From: a virus
Taxonomy: Duplodnaviria > Caudoviricetes
Virus record (IMG/VR): IMGVR_UViG_3300030101_000994
Location: 1 to 58,301 of that record
Strand: one strand, 5' to 3'
DNA length: 58,301 bases
This document shows, piece by piece, positions 1 through 9,731 of the stretch (positions are counted from its first letter, which is position 1; every line of letters begins with the position of its first letter). The notes under the pieces are model-generated. The model did no database searches. It was not told where the DNA came from and was given only the letters and a program-made list of their open reading frames with translations. The translations under genes were made by a program, and so were the position numbers.

Positions 1-642
1 CCTGATATTTGGTTTTTAAAACAAAGAAGTAACAATGGAGAATCCTCACAAAAAAATTGGAGAGTAATGTTAAATACAGGAGTAGGAGGAGCCTTTCGTA
101 GTTTAAGTGGTAGTAATCAAACTCTTGTATTAAATGAAGCAAGTGCAGCAGGAGGATTATATAGAAATGATGGTAATTTTGAACCTACTTCTACAGTAGT
201 TCAAGCACCTGATAATGGAAATGCAAATTCGTTTTTTGTGGTAAGTGGAAATACTTATGTAAGTTATTGTTGGCACTCAGTTGAAGGATATAGTAAGTTT
301 GGAAGTTATATCGGAAATGGTAATGATGACGGACCATTTATTTATCTAGGATTCAGACCCAGGTTAGTCGCAATTAAGTGGTTAACAGGTGTAAATTCAG
401 CAGAGAATTGGGGTGTTTTTGATACAGCTAGAAGTACATCAAATCCTAGTTCTAATGATAGCACTTCTCAATTACAATGGGATACAGAAGGAGCAGGAAG
501 TAATACAAGTGCTCACAAAATTGACTTTTTATCTAATGGTTTTAAAATGCGTGGGAGTGGTGGATTAAATAATACAAATGGTGCAACATATATCTACATG
601 TGTTGGGCAGACGTGCCATATAAATATAATAATACTTTTTAG
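1..642 (+). CDS. C-terminal part of tail fibre/receptor-binding-like protein (5' truncated; probable continuation of 57113..58301)
   Basis: Frame 1 is open from base 1 (PDIWFLKQR...). YVSYCWHSVEGYSKFGSYIGNG...GPFIYLGFRP and IDFLSNGFK motifs are typical of repeat-domain marine phage tail proteins. Confidence 0.7.
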   Translation, partial: PDIWFLKQRSNNGESSQKNWRVMLNTGVGGAFRSLSGSNQTLVLNEASAAGGLYRNDGNFEPTSTVVQAPDNGNANSFFVVSGNTYVSYCWHSVEGYSKFGSYIGNGNDDGPFIYLGFRPRLVAIKWLTGVNSAENWGVFDTARSTSNPSSNDSTSQLQWDTEGAGSNTSAHKIDFLSNGFKMRGSGGLNNTNGATYIYMCWADVPYKYNNTF

Positions 643-655
643 GAGGTGAAATAAT

Positions 656-1291
656 ATGTGGGCTTATATAAAAGATAACAAGATAGAGGAGATAATTGCT
701 AGACCTAAAGATATGGTCATAGATGATGTAAGACATTCTCGAAGAATATTTACTGCATGGACTTGGGATGAACTCAATGCCATAGGTATTTATACAGTAG
801 AATCAGGAACACAAGGTAATGATAGGTTTGAAATAACAAGTCAACCCACATACACATTTGATAGTTCTAATAAAAAAGTTACTACTAAATATACTATTAC
901 AGATAAAGCATTAGACGATTCAGAAGCTAAAGATGAGTCTGGTAAAAATATATTAGACCTTGATGGTAACAAAGTAATTAATTATGGGTTAAAAACACAA
1001 GCTAAAAATTTAGCTAAAACACAAGCTAACACTTTAATAGCTAGATTTAATTGGTTAGTAGAACGCAGTATTTATGATAGTAGCAAAGCCATTCCTGATG
1101 CAGTAAAAACATATGTTGCAGCAATAAGAACAGATTGTGCTGCGATAGAAACTGCGATCACTGATGCTAGTGATATGACTGCTTTCAAAGCATTGTATGC
1201 AGATGAATTAAATAGTGATGGTTCAGTAAAAACAGTAGCAAGAATAAATAGGTGGACATCAGATTCAACTGTAACTAACTATTTAAGATAA
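656..1291 (+). CDS. Putative tail fibre assembly/chaperone-like protein
   Basis: AGGAGG RBS; directly follows the fibre gene; C-terminal W...YVAAIR helical domain typical of fibre chaperones. Confidence 0.5.
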   Translation: MWAYIKDNKIEEIIARPKDMVIDDVRHSRRIFTAWTWDELNAIGIYTVESGTQGNDRFEITSQPTYTFDSSNKKVTTKYTITDKALDDSEAKDESGKNILDLDGNKVINYGLKTQAKNLAKTQANTLIARFNWLVERSIYDSSKAIPDAVKTYVAAIRTDCAAIETAITDASDMTAFKALYADELNSDGSVKTVARINRWTSDSTVTNYLR

Positions 1292-1295
1292 TGTT

Positions 1296-3467
1296 ATGCT
1301 TAGTGAAGTCCAGATTGTTGGAGGAATAAATAAACAAGTTACACCTACAGGTGCACAAGGTAAATGGGTTGATTGCGATAACGTAAGATTTCGTTATGGT
1401 TTTCCAGAAAAAATAGGTGGATGGGAACAAACAACTTCAAGCACTATAGTGGGTGTTGCTAGAGATATGCACATTTGGAGTGATATAGTTGGTAAAAGAT
1501 ACATAGCCATAGGAACTAATAAAGGTTTGTTTATATATCATGATGGATCTATGTACGATGTATCTCCGTTAGATACAAACATAACTTCTTGTACATTAAC
1601 CACTACTAACAATTCTGCAACAGTTACTGTTAACAAAGCAGCACATGGGCTAGAAATAGGTGATTTATTTTTATTTTCTAGTGTTACATTACCAGGTGGA
1701 GGCACTGGTTTTGTTAGTGCAGATTTTACACAAAATACTTTTGAAGTAATAACAAGAACTTCTGATACATTTACTGTAACAGCTGGTAAAGTAGAATCTG
1801 GTGCTGGGTTCAGTGCTGGAGGTAGTGTTACTTTAACTCCATACTTTAAAGTTGGTGATGCGGTACAAGTAACGGGTTATGGTTTTGGTACAGGTCTTTA
1901 CGGTGGTACAAACCCCACAATAACAAGCACAACATTAAACGGGTTGTTAAATGATGACACAAATGGAACAGGAGGTTCAGGCACAACAATCACATTAACA
2001 TCGGTCTCAGGATTTAGTAGTGGTGGCGGCACTTTAAAAGTAGGGGAAGAATTAATAACTTATACAGGTGTAGCAGGTAGCACTGTCACAGGAATTGTAA
2101 GAGGAGCTTCTGGTTCTACAAGATCTGCTCATGATAGTGGTGCTGTTGTACAAGAAGCCTCAAACTTTACAGGGTGGGGAGATGCCTCACCGACTGGTGA
2201 AGTAACATTAGAACCAGGAAACTGGTCATTAGATAACTTTGGTCAAATATTAGTTGCGACTGTAAAAAACAATAAGACTTTTCAATGGAATCCGAGCAGT
2301 GCCTCGGCTCTGTCAACGAGAGCTACAGTTATAACAAACGCACCAATACAAAGCGTGATGACTGTAGTATCTGACAGAGATAGACATTTAATACATTTAG
2401 GCACTGAAACCACAGTAGGTACAAACTCTCAAGATAAAATGTTTATACGTTTTGCAGATCAAGAAAACTTTGAAGATTATACTCCTACCTCAACAAATAC
2501 TGCTGGCACATTTAGAATAGATAGCGGTACAAAAATAGTAGGTGCAGTAAATGCAGGTAGTTATATTTTAATACTAACTGATACATCTGCATATACGATG
2601 CAATTTGTTGGTCCTCCTTTTACATTTGCTATTCAACAAGTTGGGGCAAATTGTGGTTTAATATCACAACATGCTATAGTAGCAGTTAACGGAGTGGTTT
2701 ACTGGATGGGTCAAGCTGGTGGTTTTTATGTATATGATGGAACGGTAAAAAAAATAGATTGTCAAGTAGAGGATTTTGTTTTTACTACGCAAGATGAAGA
2801 TGATTTAGGTATGAATTTTGATGCGGCAAATGTTGTATATGCTGGTTATAATTCTTTGTTTAGTGAAATAAATTGGTTTTACCCTAAGGCAGACTCTCTT
2901 CAAATTGATAGAGTGGTTAGTTACAATTACAAAGAGGGACTTTGGACTATAGGATCATTATCTAGAACAACTTATTATGATAAGACTATATATGATAATC
3001 CTTATGCAACAGAGTACAGCACCACTACCATACCTAATTTTCCCATCATACAAGGAGCTACAGCTACTAATGGAGCTACAACTTTATATGCTCATGAGAA
3101 AGGAACTAATCAAGTTAAAAATGATGGAAGCATAACTGCAATTGTAGGCAGTATTGAAAGTGGAGATTTTGAAGTTGAAAGTGGTGGTACTGTAAGAGGT
3201 GAAATTTTCATGAAAATAAGAAGATTTATACCTGATTTTAGAGCATTGTCTGGTAACGCTAAAATAACTTTAAATTTAAAAGATTTTCCTAGCGACACTG
3301 AAGCTAGTAGTAGTTTAGGACCCTTTACCATATCTTCTGCTACTCAAAAAGTAGACACTAGAGCTAGAGCTAGAGCTGTAAGTTTAAAAATAGAAAACGT
3401 TACTACAAATGAAAACTGGAGATATGGAACATTTAAAGCTGACGTTCAACCAGATGGTAGGCGATGA
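1296..3467 (+). CDS. Tail nozzle / DNA stabilisation protein (P22 gp10 / tail tubular B-like)
   Basis: 723 aa, beta-rich; WVDCDNVRFRYGFPEKIGGW N-terminus, WSLDNFG, and QPDGRR C-terminus typical of this family. Confidence 0.7.
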   Translation: MLSEVQIVGGINKQVTPTGAQGKWVDCDNVRFRYGFPEKIGGWEQTTSSTIVGVARDMHIWSDIVGKRYIAIGTNKGLFIYHDGSMYDVSPLDTNITSCTLTTTNNSATVTVNKAAHGLEIGDLFLFSSVTLPGGGTGFVSADFTQNTFEVITRTSDTFTVTAGKVESGAGFSAGGSVTLTPYFKVGDAVQVTGYGFGTGLYGGTNPTITSTTLNGLLNDDTNGTGGSGTTITLTSVSGFSSGGGTLKVGEELITYTGVAGSTVTGIVRGASGSTRSAHDSGAVVQEASNFTGWGDASPTGEVTLEPGNWSLDNFGQILVATVKNNKTFQWNPSSASALSTRATVITNAPIQSVMTVVSDRDRHLIHLGTETTVGTNSQDKMFIRFADQENFEDYTPTSTNTAGTFRIDSGTKIVGAVNAGSYILILTDTSAYTMQFVGPPFTFAIQQVGANCGLISQHAIVAVNGVVYWMGQAGGFYVYDGTVKKIDCQVEDFVFTTQDEDDLGMNFDAANVVYAGYNSLFSEINWFYPKADSLQIDRVVSYNYKEGLWTIGSLSRTTYYDKTIYDNPYATEYSTTTIPNFPIIQGATATNGATTLYAHEKGTNQVKNDGSITAIVGSIESGDFEVESGGTVRGEIFMKIRRFIPDFRALSGNAKITLNLKDFPSDTEASSSLGPFTISSATQKVDTRARARAVSLKIENVTTNENWRYGTFKADVQPDGRR

Positions 3468-3470
3468 TGT

Positions 3471-3782
3471 ATGGATATAAAAAATGTTGTTAGTTTTAAG
3501 GATGAAAAAATATGGAAAAGTGATCACACCTCTAATCCATATGCTATAGTTTTAAACGCTGCAAAAATATGGAAGTTTTCAAAACACGAATGGCCTGATC
3601 AGTATAAATTTTATTACGAATTAATTAAAGAAAATGAAAAAGAATTTAGGTGGGGTTTAGATAAACAAAAAGCTATTAAGGTGTTTATTATGAAAGAACA
3701 CTATTATTTTGCAGCTCCTCCTGATATAATATATAAAGTTTTAAGAAAAGAACCTGAAAAAAAGAAAGGTAAGCGTGGATGA
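3471..3782 (+). CDS. Hypothetical protein
   Basis: 103 aa ORF tightly packed in the operon. Confidence 0.6.
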   Translation: MDIKNVVSFKDEKIWKSDHTSNPYAIVLNAAKIWKFSKHEWPDQYKFYYELIKENEKEFRWGLDKQKAIKVFIMKEHYYFAAPPDIIYKVLRKEPEKKKGKRG

Positions 3783-3907
3783 AAAAAACTAAAAATAAAA
3801 TAAAAAAAGTTATCAAAGGATTAAAAAAAGCTTCAAAATTACATGCAAGTCAAGCTAAAACATTAACGGGAGTGATAAGTGGCAGATCCAAAAAAAGGAA
3901 AAGGTAA
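3779..3907 (+). CDS. Small Lys-rich protein (42 aa, not in ORF track)
   Basis: Translated by hand: MKKTKNKIKKVIKGLKKASKLHASQAKTLTGVISGRSKKRKR; ATGA overlap with the upstream stop. Confidence 0.6.
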   Translation: MKKTKNKIKKVIKGLKKASKLHASQAKTLTGVISGRSKKRKR

Positions 3908-4160
3908 AAAACCTAAAGGTAGTGGTCGTAGACTTTATACTGACGAAAATCCTAAAGATACAGTTCGTATTAAATTTGCTACTCCTGCTGATGCAAGAGC
4001 AACTGTAGCAAAAGTAAAAAAAATATCTAAACCTTATGCAAGAAAAATACAAATATTAACTGTAATGGAACAACGAGCAAAAGTTATGGGTAAATCAGAA
4101 GTGGTAAGAATTGCTAAAGCTGGTAAGGTTGCATTAAAAAGAAAGAAACAAGTTGGCTAA
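3879..4160 (+). CDS. Small basic hypothetical protein
   Basis: GTG start after GGAG; MADPKKGKGKKPKGSGRRLYTDENPKDTV; very K/R-rich. Confidence 0.7.
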   Translation: MADPKKGKGKKPKGSGRRLYTDENPKDTVRIKFATPADARATVAKVKKISKPYARKIQILTVMEQRAKVMGKSEVVRIAKAGKVALKRKKQVG

Positions 4161-4317
4161 AATAAATACATTTATACCAGAACCTAAAGAAGAATATAAT
4201 ATTGAAAACCAACGATTAATAAATTTAGCGTTGACACAAATAATTCAAAAATTAAACTTTACTTATCAACAAGAAATTAAAAATGATCAACAAGCTTTTG
4301 AATATTTTTTATCATGA
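4153..4317 (+). CDS. Small hypothetical protein (54 aa, not in ORF track)
   Basis: TTG start; MAKINTFIPEPKEEYNIENQRLINLALTQIIQKLNFTYQQEIKNDQQAFEYFLS; fills the gap and has an ATGA overlap with the next gene. Confidence 0.65.
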   Translation: MAKINTFIPEPKEEYNIENQRLINLALTQIIQKLNFTYQQEIKNDQQAFEYFLS

Positions 4318-4664
4318 CAATACAGTATAAAAATCAAGGTTTTAAACAAACGGACACAAGTAAAACTACAGTGTTTACATGTCCGACTAATGCAACAGTT
4401 ATAGTTAAAAGTGTGTATTGTGCAAACAATGATGCTTCATCAGCCATATTAGTAAATATGAATTTTGTAGATTCATCCGACTCAAGCACGGAATATGAAT
4501 TTTTTAGAGATGACATAGCAGCTAAGACGCAGATAAATGCTTCACCTCAAGGTTTAAATTTAGAAGCAGGGGATGCTATTACTATACAAGCTGCTACTGG
4601 CAGTAACAAAATACAAGGTTTAATAAGTTATGCTTTATTAGATCGTTCTCAAGAAAATGGATAA
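4314..4664 (+). CDS. Hypothetical beta-rich virion-associated protein
   Basis: 116 aa, beta-strand pattern, located in the tail operon. Confidence 0.6.
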   Translation: MTIQYKNQGFKQTDTSKTTVFTCPTNATVIVKSVYCANNDASSAILVNMNFVDSSDSSTEYEFFRDDIAAKTQINASPQGLNLEAGDAITIQAATGSNKIQGLISYALLDRSQENG

Positions 4665-5220
4665 AATAAGTTCTGCTATTTTTAAAATAGAAAAAGTTTT
4701 AGGCGATAAAATATGTAAAAATTTATCTGAGTATATTGAGCTATCTTGTAATCAAAAAGCTACTTTATTAAAAGGTGAAAAAGAGATTGAAGATAGTACA
4801 CAAAGAAATGTGTATAATTATGGTTTAAATGAGTCTAAGGAACATGATCTATTGTATAAAAAATTAATATTTAATACTTGTGATAAAGCTATAAAAAAAT
4901 ACCAAACAATCTTTACAAGTTTACAAAATTTAAGATTAGAATCTATTAATTTATTAAAATACAAGAAAGGTAATTTTTATAAGAAACATACTGACGCTTT
5001 TTATCAAGTCAATAGGCAACTATCTTTTATAATTAATTTAAATAACGATTACGAAGGGGGTGAGTTGATTTTTTATTACCCTTATAACCAAAAACCTTAT
5101 AGTAAAGTTGAATTACAAACAGGTGATTTAATTATGTTTCCTAGTAATTTTATGTATCCTCATTCTATACAACCGATAAAATCGGGTACTCGCTATAGTA
5201 TAGTTTGTTGGTTTAGTTAA
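4657..5220 (+). CDS. 2OG-Fe(II) oxygenase (prolyl-4-hydroxylase-like)
   Basis: HTD (HxD), LNNDYEGGEL, FPSNFMYPH and GTRYSIVCW motifs. Confidence 0.9.
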   Translation: MDKISSAIFKIEKVLGDKICKNLSEYIELSCNQKATLLKGEKEIEDSTQRNVYNYGLNESKEHDLLYKKLIFNTCDKAIKKYQTIFTSLQNLRLESINLLKYKKGNFYKKHTDAFYQVNRQLSFIINLNNDYEGGELIFYYPYNQKPYSKVELQTGDLIMFPSNFMYPHSIQPIKSGTRYSIVCWFS

Positions 5221-5258
5221 TACTTGACTTTTTATAAGACATATCCGATATTATTTTA

Positions 5259-5459
5259 ATGAAAACAATACAGTGCACTTCTCAAGAAATTTACAGAAAT
5301 AAAAAAAACAATGTTAAATACGCTACAAAAGAAGACGCTCAACACGATGTAGATAATCCTAACACAGATACTAAACAAGAAGACATAGTATGCGATGTAA
5401 ATATTATTGTGCCAAAAGAAGCTTTATCTATGATAAGCAAAACCAAAGATGAAAATTAA
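5259..5459 (+). CDS. Hypothetical protein
   Basis: 66 aa ORF downstream of a TTGACT promoter-like element. Confidence 0.6.
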   Translation: MKTIQCTSQEIYRNKKNNVKYATKEDAQHDVDNPNTDTKQEDIVCDVNIIVPKEALSMISKTKDEN

Positions 5460-5766
5460 ATACGATAGGTTTTATTACAATCCATTACCAGAACAATTAA
5501 TGTTAGGTGTAAGCCGTACTCATGGACATGGTGTTTTTGCAAAATGTGATTTACCAAAAAAATATGATTTAGGTATGAGTCATATTAAAATACCTATAAT
5601 ACATGGCTATGTTAGAACTCCGATGGGAGGGTTTTTAAACCATAGTGAAGAACCTAATTGTCGTTTGTTCATAGATTTAGATTGGGATGATTATCTAGTA
5701 TATAAAGTTATTACTATTAAAAAGATAAAACAAGGTCAAGAGTTGTTATTAGAGTATGGTTCATGA
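5449..5766 (+). CDS. Minimal SET-domain protein (putative lysine methyltransferase)
   Basis: SRTHGHGVFA (motif I), FLNHSEEPNC (NHS motif), IKQGQELLLEY (ELxxxY). Confidence 0.85.
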   Translation: MKIKYDRFYYNPLPEQLMLGVSRTHGHGVFAKCDLPKKYDLGMSHIKIPIIHGYVRTPMGGFLNHSEEPNCRLFIDLDWDDYLVYKVITIKKIKQGQELLLEYGS

Positions 5767-6695
5767 CTCCTTTGGGTGGCACAGAAATACAACATAGATT
5801 TTTATCACACTATGTTGATGACAGTTTATTAGATAACTTTCAAATATGTACATCAATACCAGGTAAAGTAGAATTAAGCAAAGATAAAATAAATATACTT
5901 TGGCAAAAAAATAGTCACGACCAACCTAATATATATCCGTGGTTTGAAGATAAAACTAATCATGACCAGTTTGATTGGTATGTTTTTAATAGTCATTGGA
6001 ATTATGAAAAATACAGATACAGGTTTGATATACCCACTCATAAATGTCACGTAATAAAAAATGGTGTGAATAACTTTCCTACACTTACACCTTTTAAAGA
6101 AGGTAATATGGTGCGTATGTTGTTTCATGTAACACCTTGGAGAGGACTAAATGTTTTATTAGGAGCTATGAGTTTATTAAAAGACTGTAATGTGCATGTA
6201 GATATTTTTAGTAGTTGTAAAATTTATGGAGATCAGTTTGAAAAAGAAAACGAAAGCAGGTATGAGCCTTTATACGAACAAGCTAGAAAGTTAGAAAATG
6301 TAACTTACATAGGATATAAAGAACATTCTTTCATACAAAAGTTTATGTATCGTTATCATATGTTTGCTTATCCAAGCACATGGGAGGAGACAAGTTGTAA
6401 TGCAGCTTTAGAAGCTATGGCTGCTGGATTATTTTGTATAGTTACAAACTTTGGAGCTTTGTATGAAACATGCTCCGAGTTTCCTGTATACGTTACCTAT
6501 GAGAAAGATACCAAAAGACTTGCTAGTAAATTTGCTACAGCTATCCGACAAGCAGTAAACACGATACACGAACCAGAGGTACAAGAACATTTAAAAATGC
6601 AACAAGAATTTGTTAAAAAGTTTTATAGTTGGGATAAGAAAAAATTAGAATGGACAAATTTTTTACAAGCTGCTTTAAATGACAGAAAAGGTTAA
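5763..6695 (+). CDS. Glycosyltransferase, GT-B fold (GT4-like)
   Basis: GGTE N-terminus, PWRGL, YPSTWEETSCNAALEAMAAG (EX7E) motif. Confidence 0.85.
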   Translation: MTPLGGTEIQHRFLSHYVDDSLLDNFQICTSIPGKVELSKDKINILWQKNSHDQPNIYPWFEDKTNHDQFDWYVFNSHWNYEKYRYRFDIPTHKCHVIKNGVNNFPTLTPFKEGNMVRMLFHVTPWRGLNVLLGAMSLLKDCNVHVDIFSSCKIYGDQFEKENESRYEPLYEQARKLENVTYIGYKEHSFIQKFMYRYHMFAYPSTWEETSCNAALEAMAAGLFCIVTNFGALYETCSEFPVYVTYEKDTKRLASKFATAIRQAVNTIHEPEVQEHLKMQQEFVKKFYSWDKKKLEWTNFLQAALNDRKG

Positions 6696-7464
6696 ATTAT
6701 ATTTAGCGACACCTGTACATAGTGATGTATCTATGCACTACACTCAATCTGTAGTAAGGCTACAGACGGAGTGTTACAAAAAAGGCATTGAGTTTACACT
6801 AGAATTAATGAAATCAAGTTTAGTAACACAAGGTAGAAACTTGTGTGTATCTCATTTTTTAAATTCTGATGCTACTCATTTACTTTTTATTGACAGTGAT
6901 ATTTTATTTTATCCACAATCTATCTTTGAAATGATAAGAGCAGATGTTGATTTAATTAGTATACCTTATCCTATGAAACAAATACATTGGCATAAGGTAT
7001 TTAATAAAATTGAAGATATACCTAACATGACAGAGTTACAAAGACATACAAGTGGTAATAAGTTTCCTGTCAAAATTAAAGATGCAGAAAGTGATATAAA
7101 GTGTGTAGATGGCTTAATAGAACTGAACTTCGCACCCACAGGATGTATGTTATTAAAACGGCAAGTTTTTAATAAAATGATACAGAAGTATCCTAAAAAA
7201 ATTATTAAACAAGAAACTGAAATAGATGGAGAAACTATAATCAAACCTAACCTATATAACTTTTTTGATACATACTATGATGAAAAAGAACAAAGATACT
7301 ATGGCGAAGACTTTGCTTTCTCTAGATTATGGCGTAATATTGGTGGCACTTGTTATGCTTTAATAACCGAATATATAACACATGTAGGTGAGTATCAATA
7401 CACAGGTAGGTTAATTGATGAAATGGTTGCTGTAGGTATTGATGTCTCTAAGAAAAAAGAGTAA
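6679..7464 (+). CDS. Glycosyltransferase, GT-A fold
   Basis: LATP, SLVTQGRN, HLLFIDSD (DxD), TGCMLLKR, GEDFAF, THVG. Confidence 0.8.
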   Translation: MTEKVKLYLATPVHSDVSMHYTQSVVRLQTECYKKGIEFTLELMKSSLVTQGRNLCVSHFLNSDATHLLFIDSDILFYPQSIFEMIRADVDLISIPYPMKQIHWHKVFNKIEDIPNMTELQRHTSGNKFPVKIKDAESDIKCVDGLIELNFAPTGCMLLKRQVFNKMIQKYPKKIIKQETEIDGETIIKPNLYNFFDTYYDEKEQRYYGEDFAFSRLWRNIGGTCYALITEYITHVGEYQYTGRLIDEMVAVGIDVSKKKE

Positions 7465-7467
7465 ACT
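7439..7467 (+). promoter_or_regulatory. Sigma70-like promoter for the ejection-protein operon
   Basis: TTGATG-17-TAAACT, followed by an AAGGAG RBS. Confidence 0.5.
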
Positions 7468-7493
7468 AAGAGTATAAATAAGGAGATTCATAT

Positions 7494-8282
7494 ATGGTAC
7501 CTTTAATTGCAGGCGGAGTTAGTTTTTTAATGGCTAAAGCCTCTGGTGCTTCAAACAAACAAGCTTTACTAGCAGGTGTTGTTGGTGGTTTAGGAGCGTA
7601 TGGAGCTGGACAATTAGGTGCTGCGTTAGCAGGACCTTCAGCGAGTGCAGGATTTGTAGGTGCACCAACTGCCACACAACTTTTTGGTCAAAAATTAGCA
7701 GCTAGTGGTATAGGACAATTTGCAGCAGGAACCGCTGCAGGAACACTACCATTAGCAATGGAACAAAACAAGATGGCAGATAAACAAGCTCAACAGTTAG
7801 CCAAGCCTTTTGGTGGAGAAGAAGCGTATACACAAGCTTACAATACAGCAGTACAAGACATGCAAGGTTTAGGTCAAAGAGCTACCTATGATGATCAACC
7901 AACTACAAATCAAAGTGTCTATAATTTTCAACCTCCTATGTTTACTGCAAGAGAAGGTGGTATTGCTAAAATAGCAAAGTATAGAGAGGGTGGTGTAAAT
8001 TACTTACCGAGTAAAATAGACCATGATGAAAAAGATGTTAATAATTATGTTCGTGCACAAGGCTACGTAGAGGATGGTAGTGGGGTAGGTGATAAAGATG
8101 AAGATACGATGTTGGCACAATTAGCAGATGGTGAGTTTGTAAGTAGAGCAGATGCAGTGTTAGGAGCAGGGATTATGAGTGGTGCTAATCCAAAAGATTT
8201 TAAAGAGATGAGAAAGTTCGGTGCTAAATTTTTTTACAATCAACAAGATCAGTTTAAAAGAATTTATGACATCACCGCATGA
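7494..8282 (+). CDS. Internal virion/ejection protein
   Basis: Gly/Ala-rich hydrophobic N-terminus; C-terminal EGG...DTMLAQLADGEFV domain; position. Confidence 0.6.
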   Translation: MVPLIAGGVSFLMAKASGASNKQALLAGVVGGLGAYGAGQLGAALAGPSASAGFVGAPTATQLFGQKLAASGIGQFAAGTAAGTLPLAMEQNKMADKQAQQLAKPFGGEEAYTQAYNTAVQDMQGLGQRATYDDQPTTNQSVYNFQPPMFTAREGGIAKIAKYREGGVNYLPSKIDHDEKDVNNYVRAQGYVEDGSGVGDKDEDTMLAQLADGEFVSRADAVLGAGIMSGANPKDFKEMRKFGAKFFYNQQDQFKRIYDITA

Positions 8283-8689
8283 TAGAAATAAAAAAATTAA
8301 ATCCAAACGAGTGTTGGAACAGAGTATCTGTTATGTTAGAAAAAGCAATTGAATTAAGTAATGGTAGGCATACATTAGAAACGACATACGAGTCTATATG
8401 TAAAGGTATTATGCAACTGTATGGAATATTTACTCACAAAACTTTAACCAGCGTATTTGTAACACAACGTATGGTTTATCCAGCAAAGCAAGTATTGTGT
8501 GTTTTATTTTGTGGGGGTAAAGATTTTATTACACACATAGAAAAAATTGTAAATTTTTTTAAAAATCTTTCTATTATGCAAGGTTGTAGAGGCGTAGAAA
8601 TTATAGGAAGAAAAGGTTGGACTAGAGTCAATAAAGAATACAAATTACCATTTAAAGAGAAGGGTTCTTATTATGAAATGGATAATTAA
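8279..8689 (+). CDS. Putative GNAT-like / virion assembly protein
   Basis: GCRGVEIIGRKGWTRV motif; position among the ejection genes, as for T7 gp13 / P22 gp14. Confidence 0.45.
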   Translation: MIEIKKLNPNECWNRVSVMLEKAIELSNGRHTLETTYESICKGIMQLYGIFTHKTLTSVFVTQRMVYPAKQVLCVLFCGGKDFITHIEKIVNFFKNLSIMQGCRGVEIIGRKGWTRVNKEYKLPFKEKGSYYEMDN

Positions 8690-9731
8690 ACTTTTACCAA
8701 TAAGTTTAAAAATTTGGTTATACAATATATTGTATGAAGATATAGCAGATAAGGGGGAATATGAAGATACTGAACTTGCACATGTTAATCCTTATGAAGT
8801 TAAAATTTTAAAACAATTAGGTGGTGCAGATAAAGTTAATACAAAAACAGGATTAAAAGGATATTTTGGTGGTGGAGGCTCTCCTGCTCCTGCTCCAGCT
8901 CCTAGTGGATCAGGCACACAAACTACCATATCTAGAGAAGCTCCGGGAATTGAATCTAGAAAATTAGCTTTATTTGATGAGGCAATAGATTTAGCTGGTC
9001 AACCCATATCTATACCAAGAATGGAAGTTGCTGGCGTTTCTCCTTTACAACAACAAGCCATAGAACAATCTGCAATAACTGGTGTAGGTCAAACTGCTGT
9101 AGATGCAGGCATAGCCTCTTTTTTAAAAGCTGCTGAAACAGCAGAAACTCCAATTAATGTTGATGCTTTTATGAACCCTTACGAATCTTATGTAGTTCAA
9201 GAAATAAACAGACAAGCTGATATTGGTAGAAATAGATTAGCCTCTGAAGCTATAGGATCAGGAGCCTTTGGTGGTGGTCGTGAAGGCGTTGCTTTAGGTG
9301 AACTCGAAGCAGGAAGAGCTAGAGCAATAGGTCAGGTTAGAGCATCTAATTATGATAAAGCTTTAGAACAGGCGACAAAACAAAGACTATTTCAAACAGA
9401 AGCACAAATGAACGTTGGGCAACAATTAGCCACTACTGGAGGTATGCAACAAGAGATGGCCCAATCTGATATACAACAGTTAGGTGGTGCTGGACAATTA
9501 CAACGAAGCATTGCTCAAGAAGGATTATCAGCGGATCGTGCAACTGAACTAGCAAGAGCATATGAGCCTTTTCAAAGAATAGAATTTGCAAAAGGTATTA
9601 TGACTGCCTTACCAACAGCAGCATCACAAGTTACACAAGCCTCTGCCCCTAGAGTTAATCCTCTATCTCAAGCTGTTGGAACAGGAATAGTGGCGGCTCA
9701 AGGTGCTACTATGTTAAAAGGACTTGGCTAA
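8673..9731 (+). CDS. DNA ejection/pilot protein
   Basis: DTELAHVNPYE...TGL N-terminal domain, FMNPY, GAFGGGR, Q/A-rich helices. Confidence 0.65.
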   Translation: MKWIIKLLPISLKIWLYNILYEDIADKGEYEDTELAHVNPYEVKILKQLGGADKVNTKTGLKGYFGGGGSPAPAPAPSGSGTQTTISREAPGIESRKLALFDEAIDLAGQPISIPRMEVAGVSPLQQQAIEQSAITGVGQTAVDAGIASFLKAAETAETPINVDAFMNPYESYVVQEINRQADIGRNRLASEAIGSGAFGGGREGVALGELEAGRARAIGQVRASNYDKALEQATKQRLFQTEAQMNVGQQLATTGGMQQEMAQSDIQQLGGAGQLQRSIAQEGLSADRATELARAYEPFQRIEFAKGIMTALPTAASQVTQASAPRVNPLSQAVGTGIVAAQGATMLKGLG

